A stretch of 64,000 bases of DNA from Octopus bimaculoides (Eukaryota): NCBI RefSeq assembly GCF_001194135.2, contig NC_068985.1, positions 53,638,188-53,702,187 on the forward strand, read 5' to 3'. This document shows positions 50,060 through 63,880 of this stretch, one piece after another. The stretch's first letter is position 1; every line of letters starts with the position of its first letter. Position numbers and translations under genes: made by a program. Under the pieces are notes generated by a model. The model searched no databases. It saw only the letters and a program-made list of their open reading frames with translations, and was not told where the DNA came from.

Positions 50060-52022
50060 GGTCCGAAGAAAGTGAGTGCATAGGACAGTGGTGAGAAGAA
50101 GCAGATGATGTGCATTGAATTAAAGAAATAAATTATCAAAAAACATGACCAAGGTGTGCGTGTAGTTGACATGGCGAAGCAGTACGAGCGTAGCACTTTT
50201 ATGATCTGCACCATACTGGAGCAAAAGGAGTCGATAAAGGCTATAACTCCAACCAAGGGCGTTAAAATAATTCTAAACAGCGTACATCTATCCATGAAAA
50301 TATGGAGAAGCAGCTGATGGTACGGTTGATGGAGAAGCAGCTAGCAGGAGTTACCGTGACGGAGGCTATTATAATTTGCGAGAAAGCACGAGCTATTTAC
50401 GCTGCTTTGCTGCAGAAGATCCCAGGCACTTGTACGGACGAGGCATCGGGCGAGTTGTTTAAAGCTAGTCGGGGCTGGTCCGAGAGTTTTAAAAAGTGGA
50501 CCAGCATAGTGAAGCAGCGAGAGTGGATATGAAGGCAGCTGAAGATTATCTGAAAACTTTTGCCGGAATTGTAGCAGCCGAAGGATACATCCCACAGCAA
50601 GTCTTCAACTGTGACGAGACAGTCCAAGGTAGACTTATATAATGGCAGAGGAGAAGGGGATGCCAAGCCACAAACCCATCAAAGATAGGCTAACCCTCAC
50701 TCTGTGCGCCAATGCGAACGACGACTACAACATTAAGCCGTTGCTCGTTTATCGTTCGGAAAACCCCAGAGCCTTTAAGTCACATAAGATTCTGAAAAAA
50801 GAATTACAGGTTATGTGGAAGGCAAATACAAGGACATGGGTCAAAGTATTTCTGTGTGAAGTGGATGAATTTGGTCTGCAAACCCTTCTCGTCCTGGACA
50901 ATGCACCTGCTCACCCGCCTAACCTCGAAGATGACATCCTCGAAGGGTTCAAGTTTATAAAGGTTCTCTACCTTCTACCCAATACCACCCCTATCCTACA
51001 GCCCATGGACCCGCAGGAGATTTCTAATTTCAAGAAGCTCTTCACCAAGCAGCTGTTTTGCTGCTGCTTTGAGGTGACGGAGAGCACAAACCTTACCCTT
51101 TGAGAGTTCTGGAAGGACCACTATAACATCGTGATATGCCTCAGAATTATCGATATGGCCTGGTAGGGTATTACAGAGAGGACCTTGATCTCTGCAAGGA
51201 AGAAAGATGCTGTGGCCTGAAGTTGTGTCTGAAACGGATTTTAAAAGACTCGAACCCGAGGTGGCAGTGGTGGAGGAGAATGTATCCCTTGACAAGTCCA
51301 TGAGCCTGGATGTGGTTGAAGGTGACATGAATGAGCTCATCGAGGAGCGCTCCGAGGAACCGACAATGAAAGAGCTAAAGGAGCTACAGGCGCAGCAGCA
51401 CATGGAAGTTTTGCAGGAAATAGGTGACACGGACGAGGTTATCTCCACCACTGCGATAAAGGAAATGTTGGGAATGTGAGAGAAACTTTCAGACTTTATT
51501 CAAAAGAAACACCCAGAAAAAATTGCAACTGCGGGTGTTAACTAGACACTTGCCTGACTCATTTCAGAAACACTCTGAAAGTGTGGATGAAATAAACCTT
51601 ATTGGACAGGTTTTTATCGAAAACTCCTGTAGATGAAAGTGAGGAAAGCATGGCGAGAAGGGCAAAAATCAGCGAATAAGATTCTATTATTCAGTACAGC
51701 CTTTCTCCTCCACCTCCGTCAGCATCCTCAAGTCGTTTGATCTCCAAGGTAAATACTGTACACAATACTTAATAAAACCAGTTTATTGCAGTACATTCTA
51801 TTGTATTGTCTTTTTTAAATACAATATTCATTATTTATAAATACATTTTTTTCTTATTTAAAGCACATAACAAAAAAAATTGCGGTGTTTTTTTGGTGGG
51901 GGCGGAACGGATTAATGACATTTCAATTCATTTCAATGGAGAAATTTGAGTTGACATACGAGTAATTTGAGTTACGAGCTCCGTCACGAAACGAATTAAA
52001 CTTGTAAGTTAAGGAACCACTG
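50060..52022 (+). mobile_element. Tigger/pogo-family DNA transposon fossil, 5' TIR not visible
   Basis: Fragments cover an HTH-psq (VRVVDMAKQY), a CENP-B HTH (FKASRGW..F) and a DDE_1 domain (QVFNCDET, DRLTLTLCANA, KPLLVYRSENPRAF, LLVLDNAPAHP, LLPNTTPILQPMD). The 3' TIR ends ...AAGGAACCACTG|TA. There are many stops and frameshifts. Confidence 0.88.
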
Positions 52023-52196
52023 TACTTTGAATACTGCATACTCCAGAAAAGACAATTAAAGGACTGGATCAGGGTTGTTTTATTCAAGGAAGATAATTCT
52101 TACTTACTACAATTTACAGAAATCGCTATCTTGAAAGTAACTTTTTTCTGGGGTTTTTTTTTTTTTCTATTATCGAAAATATTTTTATGAACTTAC

Positions 52197-52501
52197 GAGA
52201 ACCTTGAGTGATGGCTCCCCAGCCTGCGAGGTGACATGTGGAGTTACGATGGCTTAAAATTCTGCGCCATACCGTTGGAGATGGAGGTAGACATATGGGT
52301 TGAATGGTTGGGGTATATGGGATTGGTTTTTCCATTTTAATAAGCCCTATGTCGTAATGCAGAGTGTGGACATCATCGTCTTTTAGCAACGGGTGAGTGA
52401 TGACTTTGATGGCCCGTCGACGGATTCCGTTCACTGGAATAATCATTCCTTGCTTTGTGGAACCAAGAGTCACATCGACATGAAATGGCAATTTCAAATT
52501 T
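52197..52501 (-). CDS. S1A serine protease exon with catalytic Asp102
   Basis: Acceptor cttcttcag|A and donor TCTC|GTAAGT. Contains HYDIGLIKMEKPIPYTPTIQPICLP and CHLAGWG. Phases are 2 then 1. Confidence 0.92.
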
Positions 52502-53172
52502 CTGAAGAAGAAAAAAAACCAAATCAGCAAAAAAAATAACTAAATCAATTAAAATCATTTTATTTTTGTTCAGCTAAATATTTGCTTTCCGGAATATATA
52601 AGCAAAAATGTGAAATATATAAATATAAACGTAAAAATAAAAGCACAAATATAAAATATGATATAAGAAACAACAGAATTACTGAAGGACATCGTGGTAT
52701 GGGAGATACAGAGGTACCTACGTGGTTACGAAGTTTGCTTTGCAGCTATGTAGTTTCTGGTTCCATTACATTCAATTGAATGATATCTAAGTCTTCAACA
52801 ATAGCTCTGGTCTGCACAATGTCTTGTGGGTGAATTTCGTTGAAGGAAGCTGCATGGAAACCCATTAGATGCATGGGTGTGAATAAGAGAGAGAGAGAGG
52901 GGGGACAGAGAGAGGTGGGGGTCCAGGTCTTGACAGTGTGCAATAATTGTGAACAATCAATGTCATCACACAAACAGTATCATTCATTTCCAATCTTCTG
53001 TGAACGCTTGTGTGTGCATGTCCCTGTGTGTGTGTGTGTGTGTGTGTNNNNNNNNNNNNNNNNNNNNNNNNNNNNNNNNNNNNNNNNNNNNNNNNNNNNN
53101 NNNNNNNNNNNNNNNNNNNNNNNNNNNNNNNNNNNNNNNNNNNNNNNNNNNNNNNNNNNNNNNNNNNNNNNN

Positions 53173-53207
<35 letters not shown>

Positions 53208-53211
<4 letters not shown>

Positions 53212-54390
53212 TCATCATCATCGTTTAACGTCTGCTTTCCATGCTAGCATGGGTTGGACGATTTGACTGAGGACTGGCAAACCAGATGGCTGCACCAGGC
53301 TCCAATCTGATCTGGCAGAGTTTCTACAGCTGGATACCCTTCCTAATGCTAACCACTCCGAGAATATAGTGGGTGCTTTTATGTGCCACTGGCATGAGGG
53401 CCAGTCAGGCGGTACTGGCAACGGCCACGCTCAAATGGTGTTTTTTATGTGCCAGCAGCAATGGCAATGACCTCGCTCGAATATTTTTTTCACGTGACAC
53501 CAGCACAAATGCTAGTAAGGCAAGGCTGGTAACGATCACACTCGAATGGTGCTTTTTACGTGCCACCGGCACAGAAGCCAGTCAGTTGCTCTGGCAATGA
53601 TCATGCTTAGATAGTGCTCTTAGCGCTCCACTAGCACGGATGCCAGTCATCGAATTTGATTTGGATTTTACATGCCTCAACAGGTCTTCGCAAGCAGAGT
53701 TTAGTGTCCAATGAAGGAAAGGTACACATAAGTGAGCTGGTTACACCACTGGCATAGGCCAGGGGTTATGGTCTCACTTGGATTGCTGGGTCTTCTCAAG
53801 CACAGCATATTTCCAAAGGTCTCTGTCATTAGTCATTGCCTCAGTGAAGCCTAATGTTCGAAGGTCATGCTTCACCACCTCATCCCAGGGCTTCCTGGGT
53901 CTACCTCTTCCACAGGTTCCCTCAACCGCTAGGGTGTAGCACTTTTTCACACAGCTATCCTCATCCATTCTCGCCACATGACTATACCAGTGCAATCGTC
54001 TCTCTTGCATACCACATCTGATGCTTCTTAGGTCCAACTTTTCTCTCAAGGTACTTACACTTTGTTGAGTATGCACACTGACATTACACATCCAGCGGAG
54101 CATACTGACTTCATTCCTTGCAAGTTTATGCATGTCCTCAGCAGTCATGGCCCATGTTTCACTGCCATGTAGCATGGCTGTTTGTACACATGCGCCATAC
54201 AGTCTACTTTTTACTCTAAGCAAGAGGCCCTTTGTCACCAGCAGAGGTAAGAGCTCTCTGAACTTTGCCCAGGCTATTCTTATTCTAGTAGCTACACTTT
54301 CAGTGCCCCGACCCCCGCTACTGACTTGGTCACCTAGGTAACAGAAGCTATCAATTACTAGTTTTTCTCCTTGGAATGAGGCAGAAGTTG
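53208..54390 (-). mobile_element. 5'-truncated RTE LINE (RT C-terminus, 3'UTR and (GAT)n tail)
   Basis: ORF TKGLLLRVKSRLYGACVQTAMLHGSETW...RRLHWYSHVARMD...RGRPRKPWDEVVKHDL, continuing into the tail repeat. Confidence 0.9.
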
Positions 54391-54526
54391 TTCTCTATAC
54401 ACTCTTTTACCCATCAAAAGTTGTTGGATTTCAGTTATGCTGAGTGTTTTATTAATCAGATTGACACCAGTACATATCTTTAAGTGTGTGTGTCTCATGC
54501 TCTGATGATACAACAGTTGGACAAAT

Positions 54527-54612
<86 letters not shown>

Positions 54613-55157
54613 TGTGTAAGACAAATCATGACTAATGGCTATTGCATTTTTCTCAATTGTAGTAAATTTGACTGAAAGTTGGTGCTCCAGCATGGCCAGT
54701 AGTCAAATGACTGAAACAAATAAAAGAATAAAAGAAAGTTGTTTCCAGAAGTCATAGGTTCATTATTGATTGGTTTACTCAATTGACCCACTGATCAGTA
54801 TTTAGCCTGGATTGGTAATCCCTCACTAATAACTATATATATACACACACATATATATCTGATAGGCTTCTTTCAGTTTCCATCTATAAAATCCACTAAC
54901 AAGGCTTTGTCAGCCTAAGGATAGAATAATAGACATTTGGCCAAGTGCCACACATGATGTTGGGACTGAAGATTTCATATGAATCATTAAGTAAAAAAAA
55001 TGAAAAATCATTGCCTTAACATCTGACAACATGAAGAACCAACAGGTCAATGTCATTGCAGGTATACAAACAGGTGGGATGGTCATAACCAGGATACCTT
55101 TATTCAAAACCTTGGCTAAACAACAACAACAATACAAATGACTAAAATAAGACTTAC

Positions 55158-55341
55158 TTGGAGATACAATGTCCAGCTGTAATAAGCCATTGTTGATTCA
55201 ACAAAGCAGCACTACAAGACATCTCACCAAGTCTTCGAAGTGATGCCATCCAGGGCCATTCTCCTGTTTTTGCAATATTAGCACCAATTAAAAAAGGTTC
55301 TAACTGCACCCTGTCATCAAAATATGGTCTCTTGCCACATA
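55158..55341 (-). CDS. S1A serine protease exon with activation site and catalytic His57
   Basis: Acceptor ttttctttcag|TA and donor CCAA|GTAAGT. Translates CGKRPYFDDRVQLEPFLIGANIAKTGEWPWMASL...CSAALLNQQWLITAGHCIS. It opens in phase 1, so further 5' exons exist but were not located. Confidence 0.92.
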
Positions 55342-55839
55342 CTGAAAGAAAATACACAATTAGAATACATAATTAATATCAGTATATTATTGTATTGACT
55401 AGACTATTGAATGCTGTTATATAATATTGGTCACAATGTGCTTTCTTGCATTGTTGTGGCATTTGAATGATGCCACCTTGCTGACTAGGCAGGCAGGCCA
55501 ACATTCCACTTGAACAGAATGCCAGTCTCTCACAGGGTTGCCCTGAGTGAACTGGAATAACATGAAAGGAAGTGTTTTGCTCAAGATCACAACACATCAC
55601 CCATGAGTGCAACAATCTAACCACAAGGCCACACACTTTCACGTATAATTAATTATTAATAATTAATATTCATAATTAATATACAATTAATTGCAATCAT
55701 GGAAACTTAATGACTGCAAAGTGTTGAAAAAAATGAACTTTCCAAACACACAGCTATGCCCGCACCTTTAATATTTAAGGTGGTGAACCAGCAGAATCAT
55801 TAGCACACCAAAGAAAATGCTTTGTAGAATTTCTTCCAA

Positions 55840-58207
55840 CTGGAAGTGTGGGGATAGCAAGGAATTGTATCAGATAGCCAGAAAAGATGCTAGGAGGCAG
55901 GTATATTTAACCAGGGAAGTAGCAGAAAAGAAGAAGTTTGCCAATGTTCTGTGACATGAGGACCAGAGACTTGAAGTTTTTGGATTGCAAAACAGTGAAT
56001 GAGAGAAATTGTGATGTCATAGGAGAGAAATGTGTCTTCATGAATGATGGCTCACTTGCATTTAATGATTCTGCAAAGAAAGAGACTTGGAAATGCCATT
56101 ATGAAAGGCTGCTAAATGAAGAAAATGAATGGGAGAAGGAGACCCAACTGAGGGACCAGCTATCTGAATTAACAGTACCTCGGTAGATAAAGCAATTAAG
56201 GATATGAAGACATGGAAAGCCCCTGGCCCATCAGGAATCGTTGTTGAGATGCTTAAAATATCTGGTAGTGTAGGTTATGGTCTAGTCCTCCATATAGTTA
56301 GCCAGGTGGTACATGAAGGAGTCATATCCAATGACTGGTGTAGCAGCACCATAGTCAACTGCTACAAAGGTAAAGGTGAAGTATCAAAGAAGTATTAAAT
56401 TGTTGGATAAGGTGATGAAAATCATGGAGAGGGTCATAGTCCAACTAATTAGGGAGAGAGTTAGTCTAGATGAAATGCAGTTTGGTTTTGTGCCTGGGAG
56501 AAGCACCACCGGTGCTATATTTCTGGTGAGACAGCTGCAGGAGGAATACATAGACAAAGATAAGCTTCTGTACTTGGCTTTTGTTGACATGGAGAAAGTC
56601 TTTGACAGGATTTCCTGATTCTCTTATCCAGTGGTCAACGTGGAAACTAGGGATAGAGGAGTGATTGGTGGGAGCTGTACATGCCATGTATAGGGATACT
56701 GTCAGTAAGGTGAGGGTTGGCAATGAGTACAGCGAAGAATTCAGAGTACAAGTAGGAGTTCACCAAGAATCAGTACTCAACCCCCTCTTGTTCATCATAG
56801 TCCTCCAGGAAGTAACAGAGAAATTTAAGACAGGATGCCCCTGGGAGCTCTTCAATGCTGATGACCTTGTTCTTATTGCTGAATCACTACCAGAACTAGA
56901 GAAGTTTCAGGTGTGGAAGCAAGGTCTAGAATTGAAGGGCCTTAGAGTTAACCTAGCAAAAACCAAAGTCTTAGTAAGTAGGAAAGCAGGCAAATCACAA
57001 ATCCCTTCAGGTGGATGGCCCTGCTCATCCTGCAGGAAAGGCATTAGTAGAAATTCCATAAGATGTACCCAGTGTAAGCTATGGACACATAAGAGGTGCA
57101 GCAATATCAGAGGAAAGTTTACAGGGAAACTAGTATTTGTGTGTGGAAGGTGCACAGGTACTAGCACTAAAAACATACAGAAAGTATAGACTACTGACCA
57201 GGTCAGTAGCAAGGGTGAATGCACCAAGAGCATAGCTGCTAGAATAAGAATAGTTTGGGCAAAGTTCAGAGAGCTCCTACCTTTGTTGGTAACAAAGGGC
57301 CTCTCCCACAGAGTGAAAAGCAGATTTCATGATGCCAGTGTGCAGTGAAACATGGGCTGTAACTGCTGAGGACATGCACAGGCTTAAAAAAAGATGAAGC
57401 TAGTATGCTTCACTGGATGTGCAATGACATCATGCATATTATGACAGAGTGTAAATATCTTGAGAGAAAAGTTGGGCATAAGAGGCATCAGATGTGATGT
57501 GCAAGAGAGAGAATTACGTTGGTATGGTCATGTGATGCATATGGATGTGGACAACTGTATGAAGAAGTGCCAATCTCTACCAGTGGAAGGAAGCTGTGGA
57601 AGAGGGAGACCTAAGAAGACATGGGATGAGGTGGTGAAGCATGGTCTTCAAACATTGGGCCTCACAGAGGCAATGACTGAGACCTTTGGCAATATGCCAT
57701 GCTTGAGAAGACTCATCAAGCCAAATGAAATCATAGTTGTGGCTGTTGTTGGTGTCATGTAACTGGCACCTGTACCGGTGGCATGTTAAAAGCACCTTTC
57801 AGACAGTGGGCCTCACAGAGGCAATGTGGCTGATGTCGATGTTGCATAGCAAGCACCCATGCTGTTGGCACATAAAGAGTACCTTTTGAGTGCTGGGCCT
57901 CAGAGGCAATGACAAATGACTGAGACTTTTGGCAAAATGCTGTGCTTGAGAAGAAGCCCCATCAAGCCAAGTGAAATCATAGTTGTGGCAGATGCTGGTG
58001 TCACACTTCTGGTACCCATGCCAGTGGCATGTAAAAGCACCCATTACACTCTCAGAGTGGTTAGTGTTAAGAGGGGCATCCAGCTGTAGAAATCATGCCA
58101 AATCAGACTAGAGCCTGGTGCACCCCCTCAGCTGACAATCCCTGGTCAAACCACCCAACCCATGCCAGCATGAACAATGGACACTAAATGATGATGATGA
58201 TGATGAT
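55840..58207 (+). mobile_element. RTE LINE with most of the RT domain, pseudogenised
   Basis: KAPGPSGI..EMLK, VNCYKGKG, MQFGFVPGRSTTGAIFLVRQLQE, LAFVDMEKVFD, VGVHQESVLNPLLF, FNADDLVL and NLAKTK. It has a tandemly repeated 3'UTR and a (GAT)n tail. Confidence 0.92.
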
Positions 58208-59149
58208 ACAATATGTGGAATGTAAAGATTTGGTCCCAACTCACCTTTTCCTGGGCACAGAAGTTTAAGAGTTCCATGTGGTGTACAGGAATTACTGAAA
58301 CAGAAAAACCAGACAAGATTTCAGCACATTTCTAGAAGACACATTAATCTAGTATTTAACCCCTTTATAACCATATTTCTGTTGACATACACTGCTTTTG
58401 TTTAAATTAATTTTCAAAATGAGGAAGAATAACTTTGTCATTATTGAGCTGGTGTTTGAGACATAATTTCACATGAAATTTCAATGGAGTATTTTAATTT
58501 ATATCATTTTAAACAGGAAGTAGTCTCTGGTGAGTTGGTACCAAAATAGTTAAGCTATCTTGCCACTATTTCTATTTGCCTATATATTTTGATAATTAAA
58601 TAAAGAAGAATAGAAAAAATGCTCTAAAAAAGTAGGTCTAAAATGTCAATGGCTCGTTGAAATCGTATGTGTTGAATATTTGAAGATGTTAGAGAATATT
58701 CTGGAGTGAAATATTAAGGATGTCAATAAGATATCAAAACTTCAAAGTACAAAAATTATTATAAGTCTGAATAACAGCTGAAATTTCACCATTTGGCATG
58801 TATTCTTCAATAAGGAATAATAAACACTATTTCTTTCTTCATTTTAAAGACTTATTTAGATTTCAATTGCCAATGAAATTATAGATATTTACAATATAAA
58901 TATCCGTTATAGAAACATGTATGCAATAGTTATTTAAATAACTCTTTTTAACTGTTATATTATACATACAAAATACATACATACGTACATCGGTACATAC
59001 ATATGTACATCTGTACATACATATGCACATACATACATACATACATACATACATACATACATACCTATTATTCTAAGACAAAAATATTATTGACAATAAC
59101 TTCAAAGTTTCAGCCAGTTAAGCCTTCGTTGGACTGTGATGCAATGAAG

Positions 59150-59950
59150 TTAACTTTGGCTTTATATTATTTCTGTTGAGCTAAAATCTTCCTTGAGTAT
59201 ATGGGTTTGAATGGAGTAGTAATTAGGTTGTAGAGAGGGTTGTCATGGAGAGGTGCTTTGGAGAAATTTTTATAGATTAAATTTGGGGTACTCTTATTGT
59301 TTAGAATTCATTCATGCATATAGTACTTTGTAAGCAGCTGTGTACATTTGGGTGTGTCTGCTTCATGTCATGAGATTGTTCTTAGCGGTTCACAAAAAGG
59401 AAGTAGGTAGGCATAGGAAGCCTTCTGATCACTGGATGTGCCAGTAGTTATTTCTGGTTTGATTGGATTTAATCTTTTGCTTAAAGGTCAAAGGTTCAAA
59501 GTTTAATCCAGTATTTAAAAACTTAGTAATTGGGTGCTCCCACTTTTTTGTTATGGAGTTTTTAAAGATTCACAAAAGAATGTTAGCAGGTGGTATATTT
59601 TAGCTGGTCATTTTTTTACTTGTTTTTGTTGTTATTTAGGGTATTTCCTGGTTGTATTTGGAAGATTGGGGTTATTAGTTGAACATGCTATGGTAGTGTT
59701 AGTATAAAAATTAATCTTGTATCTTGCTGTTCATAAAATGTGGGTAGGTGTAAAAGCTATTGTTCAATAATTTCTCTTTTTAGGGGTTCATTGATTAATA
59801 GGTAGAAATTTTAACCTTTGTGTTTTATGGAGGCAGAGTTTGTGGGCTAAGTGTTTATAAATATTTTTTCAATTGTTTCAAATGTGGGTATTCTACAAAA
59901 TATTATTTTAGGTCAATGGATATATGTAAAAGTGGAGTGTGGTAAAACGT
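59150..59950 (-). mobile_element. Degenerate Penelope-like element ORF remnant (RT thumb / linker)
   Basis: Minus-strand fragments LAHKLCLHKTQRLKFL and NTTIACSTNNPNLPN resemble the PLE region between RT and GIY-YIG (..TTYNPNxPN..). It is heavily decayed. Confidence 0.4.
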
Positions 59951-60980
59951 GTGTGTATACTCCTGTATAAAAATGGGAACGAAAATAAAATTTAATTTTA
60001 AAAATTGATTTTAAATTAAAAATTAAAAAAAACATTTAAAAAGTAACTGAATATAAACAATATGTATTTTTGTATGTATATATATATATAATTTCATTTT
60101 CATTTTAACATCTACTTGTCCATGTTTGCATATACGAGATAGAATTGGTTAAGGCAGATTTCTATAGCCAGATGCCTTTCCTTCTTTTTTGTTGCTAACC
60201 CTCACCTATTTCCAAGCTCTGAGTGTGTGTATGTGTGTGTGTGCGTGAGAGAGAGAGATATTAAGTGATTTTGTTGTTATGGTTGTTTGGAATCTATAAG
60301 ACTTATAATAATAATTATCTGGACAGCTTTTGGCCATTTTTTTTTTCTTTTGTAATTAAAAACAATGGGAGGAGCCCTTTTCAGTAAAAAAAAAAAAAAA
60401 TTGTAAATATTTTCAGAGGAAAAGGTAAACAGTTCAAGGGAGGTTTGGCTGTTGTTTCTAGCACAACCTAAATCACCTCCCACCACCCCATTTTCACTCT
60501 CACATGTATTGATGATTTTTCAATATTTTTCTCCCATTAAACACATTTTATGATGCCAAAGTAACACATGCGTGGTCCATTGGTGGAATATAAGCAACAA
60601 AAAATATTTTAATCTAAATTTTTACCCCCACCTCAATCAAGCAAAGCCATGTGTATGTGTATGTGTGTAANNNNNNNNNNNNNNNNNNNNNNNNNNNNNN
60701 NNNNNNNNNNNNNNNNNNNNNNNNNNNNNNNNNNNNNNNNNNNNNNNNNNNNNNNNNNNNNNNNNNNNNNNNNNNNNNNNNNNNNNNNNNNNNNNNGGGA
60801 ATGGGATAGCAAAAAATTCATAATTTTTCAAACTTTCTTTCTTTAGTATATAAATATATTTATGAGGAGAAAAATATTGAAAAGCATAAATATATGTGAG
60901 AGTGATAAAGAAACATGGAAGGTTTATTTCATTCATTGTTTGCATGCTCTCTCTCCCTGTCTCTTTCTCTCCCTCCCTCC

Positions 60981-61049
<69 letters not shown>

Positions 61050-61464
61050 GCTTACAGATGAGCTGCTGAAATGAAATCTTTATGTTGCTTTGAGGGGAAG
61101 ATAAAACTTAACAAACTGCTTCTCCTCCCTCCATAGTTGGACTACCTTGATATTTGTTTAAAAAAAAGAGAGATTATAACTGATAAACTAATGAAAGCAA
61201 TATTTACTAAGCAAGTGAGCACTATTATACAAAGAAATAATTAGACGTAAAATATCATAAAAACTATTAGAATTAAAAATCAAATGTGAAAATACTATCA
61301 AGTGGCCAGTAAAAAAAATCGCCCAAAGGGTGGTCTTTCTGCTAATTTCAACAATGGAACTTTATATCTTTGTTTGAAACCAACTCCTTCCTCAGAAGAA
61401 GTTAAACAATTAAAAACAGAAGAGAACATACACACATGCATACACATATACATACATGTATAAA

Positions 61465-61508
<44 letters not shown>

Positions 61509-62199
61509 TGTTTACAAGCATTAATGTCTATATCTTTGAATGTATATGTTTATCAAAATTGTGATGTTGTCATATACATTCTACTGAATCACCAATACAC
61601 GTCAGGCCTGTAAATTGTGAAAACTTATTAAACAAAATAAATAAAATAAAATATAAAAACCTACACTCTCTTGGTTGTAAAACAGACTTTTAGACAAACT
61701 TATAACCAAACAAACTTATAGTTCTTCTGAACTATAACTACGCTACTGACTGAACCAATTAGATTTATGGAGTCACTACACACCCTTTGTCAATAATAAA
61801 CTAACACTTATTTTCCTTCATCAATGTTTTTATAAATCAAAGTTATATTTTTAATAGAAACACTCCCCCTCCTCCTCCTCTCTTTCTCTGTTGGTAATAC
61901 TTATTTATATGCCTGCCTACCGCTGTGTGTGTGTGACTGTTTATCTATCTATTGGTCCAATTATTTCTCAGCAGCAGTATATATCCTTTTTCTCTCTGTC
62001 ACCCCATCCCTAGAAGTTGCAATATGTTGATGTGCCTTATCAAACAGAAAATGACCTCTGTTTGCATACAATCAAGGATGTATTTATATGAGTAGCAGTA
62101 GGTATGTATCTTACCAATTCCTTTTCAAAACAACTCATCTACTATTAATTCCCTACTGGTACCAATCTCTCATCTGTGACTCCACAAACTAGCTGCTTG

Positions 62200-63200
62200 T
62201 AACAGTTTCTCCCTAAATAAAGTTGCGAGTAGCTGACATGTCCTAAACTCTTCATGAAATTCTTTAAGGGTTTGTTACCATGTACTTATGAAGACTGGAT
62301 TTCCAGCAGAGTGTGGGAAGGAAAGCAAACCATCAGTAGTCAAGACTCAATGGACAGAAAGGTGATAGTCAGCCAGCAACACTGCTGTTGAATGTGTACC
62401 TCAGAGCATGATGAGAGACATAGATTGCCCTGGTTAACCAACTATACATCTCAGGTATAACTCCATTTGAATCAGCCTAGCTTACCACTGATCTAGTTAG
62501 GAATGAGAGAGTGTGGTACTTAATTGTCTGGTGCTGCCCTCTGTCACTAAAATTCAAGCTCAATGGAAGTCAAGATTTGACTATCTAAAAACCACAAACT
62601 GTATATATTTCATTGCAGTGTTTCGGATCACATGCATCCATGATTATGAAATATTCTGACTTAGATAGACCCCACCCCTCACTCATGAGAGTACATAGAG
62701 GATTTAATACATGCAAGGCCTTTTGTGATTCACCTGTTACCTACCAAACAGCAACCTCTGTTGTTGAGAGTCTTTAAGAAGATCTACCAATGTCCAAAAC
62801 TGAGTTTTGGTCATTTTTGGAAAGGAACACAGACACCAAGAAGTTATATGTAACAAGAGGACCATCCTGTAGATGTGCTCAGTTTTCAGAGAAGGTCTTG
62901 AGAATTTTGTATTGAAGGACCAATAACTGATCAATAATCAATGACTAATCAGGAAAAGAAACATTTCCAAAACAAAAGAAAGAAGTTACACTATGAGATA
63001 TTAGTTTTGTGTATGTTATACATATGGGGTCACCATGAGAGATATCCAGAGATTGTGAACACTTGTGTTTATGTTGTGACTTCAGGGTTGCTGTTTTGCC
63101 ATGTTCTTCCTTAGAGAATATAGGGTACAAGACTGATTCATTGATGTATGTCACAACTGAGGTATTTGTGATGCCAAAAAGAGACCAAATTACTTGTTCC
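62200..63200 (+). mobile_element. Very old RTE-like LINE remnant
   Basis: Frameshifted traces of LLNVYSE..MRDID, TIHLRY and KRTIL resemble RTE RT motifs. Confidence 0.3.
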
Positions 63201-63810
63201 CATTGAAAAATGTTTCAATATTTTTCAAATTATTTGTTTAAGTGGAGGTCTAATGTGGAGTGTTTAGGCTGCATGTATTGAAGGTCAAAGTGAAATAATA
63301 GTGGAATCATTCACATGCTAATACATACCCACACACTCATGTGTGTATATATTATCAATAAAATGTCAAAAACATGTGGAGAGAGCATGTTCAAGCCCTT
63401 TGTGTGTTTTTTCCTGTTTTCTGTTTCTTCATTGTCCTCCTGTTTTACATTTGATGATCATCATTTAATGTCTATCGTCCATGCTGGCATGGGTGTGACC
63501 AGAGCTGGCAAGCTGGAGGGCTGTGCCAGACTCCAGTCTGATTTGGCATGGTTTCTATGACTGGATGACCTTCCTAACGCCAACCACTTTACAGTGTGCT
63601 GGGTGCTTTCACACGGCACTGCATAGGTGCTTTTACATATATATAGATATCTTTAAGCTTATAAAATACTATTATTATTATTTACAGAATTGTAAATATT
63701 GGCACTGCTTAACAAAACTATTCACAGTATAAAAAAAGCACATGAAAGTTTGTTTATAAAACAACTATGAACTCATTATAGTTTTTAAATCTGACAGAAA
63801 AAAGCAAGTA

Positions 63811-63880
63811 GGTTCGCTAGTGTAATTAGTAGCACATTCGGTTGCGTAAACAGAGAAGTGAGAGTTCAAGTCCCATGCAT
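63811..63880 (+). pseudogene. tRNA-like relic or SINE head
   Basis: A-box-like TAGTGTAATTAG and B-box GAGTTCAAGTCC are present, but the acceptor stem does not pair. Confidence 0.35.

Noticed and set aside
61056-61065. Possible 10-nt protease micro-exon (ttcag|CAGCTCATCT|gtaagc), phase-compatible with the exon at 55341
   Set aside because: Splice motifs of this strength occur by chance at this scale, and no homology or transcript evidence is available.
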